A model generated the notes under the pieces. It worked only from the letters and a program-made list of their open reading frames with translations, searched no databases and had not been told where the DNA came from. Positions 60,573-64,000 of a stretch of 64,000 bases of DNA are shown here, in pieces (position 1 is the first letter of the stretch; each line of letters opens with the position of its first letter). This stretch comes from a bacterium (lineage in GTDB: Bacteria > Zhuqueibacterota > Zhuqueibacteria > Residuimicrobiales > Krinioviventaceae). A program made the translations under genes and the position numbers. The DNA lies in contig CAXXMD010000003.1 of the NCBI GenBank assembly GCA_963675755.2, positions 704,001 through 768,000 of the forward strand, read 5' to 3'.

Positions 60573-63293
60573 CTATCCTTCAATAGCAGCCTGTGCTGCA
60601 GCTACGCGTGCGATAGGTACGCGGAACGGAGAACAGGATACGTAATTCATACCAACTTTACAGCAGAATTTAACAGAACTGGGTTCACCACCGTGCTCAC
60701 CACAGATACCAACTTTGAGGTTTGGACGAGCGCTACGGCCTTTTTGAGTACCCATTTCAACCAATTGACCAACACCAGTCTGATCCAGAACCTGGAAAGG
60801 ATCAACTTTGAGGATGCCTTTTTCAAGGTAAACCGGCAGGAATTTGCCAGCATCGTCACGAGAGTAACCAAAAGTCATCTGGGTCAAGTCATTGGTACCA
60901 AATGAGAAAAATTCAGCAGCTTCAGCAACCTGGTCTGCAGTCAAAGCAGCGCGTGGAATTTCAATCATGGTTCCTACCATGTATTCACATTTTGCGCCTT
61001 TTTCTTCAAATACTTTATCTGCAGTTGCACGGATGATGGTTTCCTGCAGTTTGAATTCTTCAATTGTACCAATCAATGGAACCATAATTTCTGGTTTTGC
61101 ATCAATACCTTTAGCTTTACAATTCAAAGCAGCTTCAATAATAGCGCGTGCCTGCATTTCGGTAATTTCCGGATAGGTGTTACCCAAACGACAACCACGG
61201 TGACCCAACATTGGGTTGAATTCTGCCAGATCTTCAACTGTAGCTTTTACTTCTTCTACAGTGATGCCCATTTCGTCGGCCATTTCTTTCTGGTTTTCAT
61301 CTTCGTGTGGAACAAATTCATGCAAAGGTGGATCCAAGAGACGGATAGTTACTGGCAATCCGTTCATAGCTTCAAAGATACCTTCAAAGTCACCACGCTG
61401 CATGGGCAACAATTTAACCAAAGCAGCACGACGACCAGCTTCGTCTTTGCTCAGAATCATTTCACGAACAGCTTTGATACGTTCGCCTTCAAAAAACATG
61501 TGCTCGGTACGACAAAGGCCAATACCCTGTGCGCCGAAATCACGTGCAACTTTAGCATCGTGCGGAGTATCTGCATTGGTACGAACCAATACCTTGGTGT
61601 GTTTTTCACAAAGATCCATCAATGCTCCAAAGTTACCTGACAATTCAGGATCTTTGGTAGAAATTTTGTCTTCGTAAACTTCACCGGTAGAACCATTCAA
61701 AGAGATCCAGTCACCTTCTTTGAGTTCTACGCCATCAATAACCATGGTACGTTTTTTATAATCAATTTTACAAGAACCGGCACCAGAAACACAGCATTTA
61801 CCCATACCGCGAGCAACAACTGCTGCGTGAGAGGTCATACCACCGCGAGCGGTGAGAATACCGTTTGCAGCATCCATACCAGCTAAATCTTCAGGAGAAG
61901 TTTCAATACGTACAAGAATTACTTCTTCTTTTCTGGCTCTCCATTCTACAGCTTCATCAGCAAAAAATACAATACGACCGGTTGCAGCACCCGGAGATGC
62001 AGGCAGACCTTTGGCAAGTACTTTGGCAGATTTGATAGCATCGCCATCAAATACAGGGTGTAACAGTTCGTCCAGTTTTTCAGCTTCAACGCGATTGATT
62101 GCGGTTTTTTCATCAATCATGCCCTGTTCCAACATTTCAATTGCAATACGGACCATTGCAGCACCGGTACGTTTACCGTTACGGGTTTGCAGCAGCCACA
62201 AGCGACCATCCTGAATGGTGAACTCGAGGTCCTGCATATCTTTAAAATAATTTTCAAGTTTGGTTTCAGTTTCAGCCAATTCTTTGTATACAACCGGCAT
62301 AGCTTCTTCAAGAGAAGGGAATTTTGCTTTACGGTCTTCTTCAGAAACACCTGCCAATTCAGCCCAGCGTTTTGAACCTTCTTTTGTGATCTGCTGTGGT
62401 GTACGAACACCGGCAACCACATCTTCACCCTGTGCGTTGATCAGGTATTCACCGTTAAAAATATCTTCACCAGTACCTGCATCACGAGTAAATGCAACAC
62501 CAGTTGCTGAATTTTCACCCATGTTACCAAAAACCATAGCCTGAACGTTTACTGCTGTTCCCCATTCTTCAGGGATCTTGTTCAAACGACGGTAAACAAT
62601 AGCGCGTTCATTCATCCAGCTGTCAAATACAGCCATAACTGCGCCCCAGAGTTGTTCCCAGGGATCTGCCGGAAAATCTTTGCCGGTAACGCGTTTAACT
62701 GCAGCTTTAAAATCCTGAACCAGTTTTTTCAAATCTGCTGTATCTAAATCGGTATCGTTTTCAACACCTTTGGTTTCTTTGGCTTTTTCAATAATTTCTT
62801 CAAAAGGATCAATATCTTCTTTGCTCTCAGGTTTCATTCCCATAACAACATCGCCATACATCTGAACAAAACGACGATAAGAGTCCCATGCAAAACGTTC
62901 GTTACCAGATTTTTCAGTCAAACCTGCAACAGCGTCATCATTCATACCCAGATTCAATACAGTATCCATCATACCAGGCATAGAAACGCGTGCACCTGAA
63001 CGAACTGAAACCAGTAATGGATTTTCTTTGTCACCAAATTTCGCATCCATCATTTCTTCAATAGAAGCAATTCCTGCTTCAACTTCTTTTTTCAATAATT
63101 CAATACTGGCTTCGCGACCTTTTTGATTATAAAATATACATGCTTCGGTAGAAATGGTAAAACCTGCAGGAACAGGAACACCAATCAGGTTCATTTCTGC
63201 CAGGTTGGCTCCTTTACCACCTAACAGGTTTTTCATATCGGAGCGGCCTTCAGCTTTTCCGCCGCCGAATTGATAAACATACTTGTCAGACAT
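60573..63293 (-). CDS. ppdK: Pyruvate, phosphate dikinase
   Basis: LLGGKGANLAEM; SVRSGARVSMPGMMDT; GGMTSHAAVVARG (phospho-His); GIGLCRTEHMF; SFGTNDLTQ; GICGEHGG; SCSPFRVP. Confidence 0.98.
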   Translation of the reverse strand: MSDKYVYQFGGGKAEGRSDMKNLLGGKGANLAEMNLIGVPVPAGFTISTEACIFYNQKGREASIELLKKEVEAGIASIEEMMDAKFGDKENPLLVSVRSGARVSMPGMMDTVLNLGMNDDAVAGLTEKSGNERFAWDSYRRFVQMYGDVVMGMKPESKEDIDPFEEIIEKAKETKGVENDTDLDTADLKKLVQDFKAAVKRVTGKDFPADPWEQLWGAVMAVFDSWMNERAIVYRRLNKIPEEWGTAVNVQAMVFGNMGENSATGVAFTRDAGTGEDIFNGEYLINAQGEDVVAGVRTPQQITKEGSKRWAELAGVSEEDRKAKFPSLEEAMPVVYKELAETETKLENYFKDMQDLEFTIQDGRLWLLQTRNGKRTGAAMVRIAIEMLEQGMIDEKTAINRVEAEKLDELLHPVFDGDAIKSAKVLAKGLPASPGAATGRIVFFADEAVEWRARKEEVILVRIETSPEDLAGMDAANGILTARGGMTSHAAVVARGMGKCCVSGAGSCKIDYKKRTMVIDGVELKEGDWISLNGSTGEVYEDKISTKDPELSGNFGALMDLCEKHTKVLVRTNADTPHDAKVARDFGAQGIGLCRTEHMFFEGERIKAVREMILSKDEAGRRAALVKLLPMQRGDFEGIFEAMNGLPVTIRLLDPPLHEFVPHEDENQKEMADEMGITVEEVKATVEDLAEFNPMLGHRGCRLGNTYPEITEMQARAIIEAALNCKAKGIDAKPEIMVPLIGTIEEFKLQETIIRATADKVFEEKGAKCEYMVGTMIEIPRAALTADQVAEAAEFFSFGTNDLTQMTFGYSRDDAGKFLPVYLEKGILKVDPFQVLDQTGVGQLVEMGTQKGRSARPNLKVGICGEHGGEPSSVKFCCKVGMNYVSCSPFRVPIARVAAAQAAIEG

Positions 63294-63407
63294 ACTATCT
63301 CCTTTGGTTATTTAATTGACCGATACTTCCGGTCAGTATATTATAACAGTAAATGTTATGAATTAAACAGTAAGTAATTTAAACAATTAATTTAATAATT
63401 ACAACAA

Positions 63408-64000
63408 TCAATTTTTTGACGCCAAATTCACATCCAGTATCTTTTTATATTCTTCAGGTGCATTTAAAATTTCAACTGCTTTTAACAATACCTTGTCGCG
63501 TTCAAAACCTGCTTTATATGCAGCATCATTACCAAATTTTTTACCGGCAAGTTCCCGCTTTATCAAAAACTTGATATCGCCAAGAGATTTTTCTCTTTCA
63601 GCAATTTTGACCTGCTCAAACTCTTTACGAATTGCATCAAAATGGGCTTTCATTTGATCATAATAGCCTTCTTCTCTGGCAATTTCTTCCAGATCTTCAA
63701 GTTCAGACAATCCATCAGGTTCATAATCAAATTCTTTTTCTTCAGTAAATTTATAGAAATCGGATACCATCTCATCTGTTACCGTAAAATCTTCCGTCAG
63801 ATTCTGATGATCTATCGCGTAATTTAGGCTATAATTAAAAAACATGGAATTACGTCGCAACTCTGCAACATATTTTGTGGTATGATCATTCACCAGTTCT
63901 ATTTCTGGTCTAATACCACCGCCACCATACACACTGCGTCCGTTACGTGTGTAAAACTGTTCAGGGATCTCTTCTTTAACTTCTTTTGTTTCATCTTCGT
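63408..64000 (-). CDS. S41 family C-terminal processing peptidase, 3' part only
   Basis: Frame is open to the window end: ..EQFYTRNGRSVYGGGGIRPEI..D.VLLKAVEIL, typical of CtpA/Prc C-termini. Confidence 0.8.
   Translation of the reverse strand, partial: EDETKEVKEEIPEQFYTRNGRSVYGGGGIRPEIELVNDHTTKYVAELRRNSMFFNYSLNYAIDHQNLTEDFTVTDEMVSDFYKFTEEKEFDYEPDGLSELEDLEEIAREEGYYDQMKAHFDAIRKEFEQVKIAEREKSLGDIKFLIKRELAGKKFGNDAAYKAGFERDKVLLKAVEILNAPEEYKKILDVNLASKN

Noticed and set aside
60438-62544. Several plus-strand ORFs antisense to ppdK, and similar shadows inside other long genes
   Set aside because: Antisense or alternate-frame shadows of codon-biased genes, with no SD or recognisable motifs.
1-64000. 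tRNA, rRNA, transposase, integrase or prophage genes
   Set aside because: No cloverleaf/T-loop signatures, rRNA-like tracts or recombinase/phage motifs were recognised by eye. A tRNAscan/Rfam/HMM run would be needed to exclude them formally.

Overview
A 64-kb chromosomal window from an AT-rich bacterium, probably FCB-group (KSB1/Calditrichota/Ignavibacteriota-like). That placement is inferred from a TonB receptor with no SusD partner visible in the window, a hybrid two-component sensor, sigma70-type promoters and three proteins ending in a 'YPNPFN' FlgD/T9SS-A-like sorting domain. Most genes are on the minus strand. It holds a glycan-uptake locus (HTCS, TonB receptor, secreted protein), many predicted carbohydrate-active enzymes (GH2, heparinase II/III-like, GH20-like, GH32-like propellers, a pair of uncharacterised paralogues), housekeeping genes (hup, ppdK, S41 peptidase) and scattered AT-rich accessory genes. 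No rRNA, tRNA, CRISPR array, integrase or transposase was seen. The two most notable non-coding features are: (1) a stand-alone AT-rich NYN/PIN ribonuclease gene preceded by a near-consensus promoter and a ~90-nt GC-rich two-hairpin RNA with a terminator-like end, resembling an RNA-antitoxin or autoregulated nuclease module; (2) a 3.3-kb mosaic of nested palindromic repeats (36.9-40.3 kb) containing ~120-bp inverted repeats that enclose three REPIN-like units, with a two-gene AT-rich cargo at a unit junction. All product calls come from motif recognition, not database searches.
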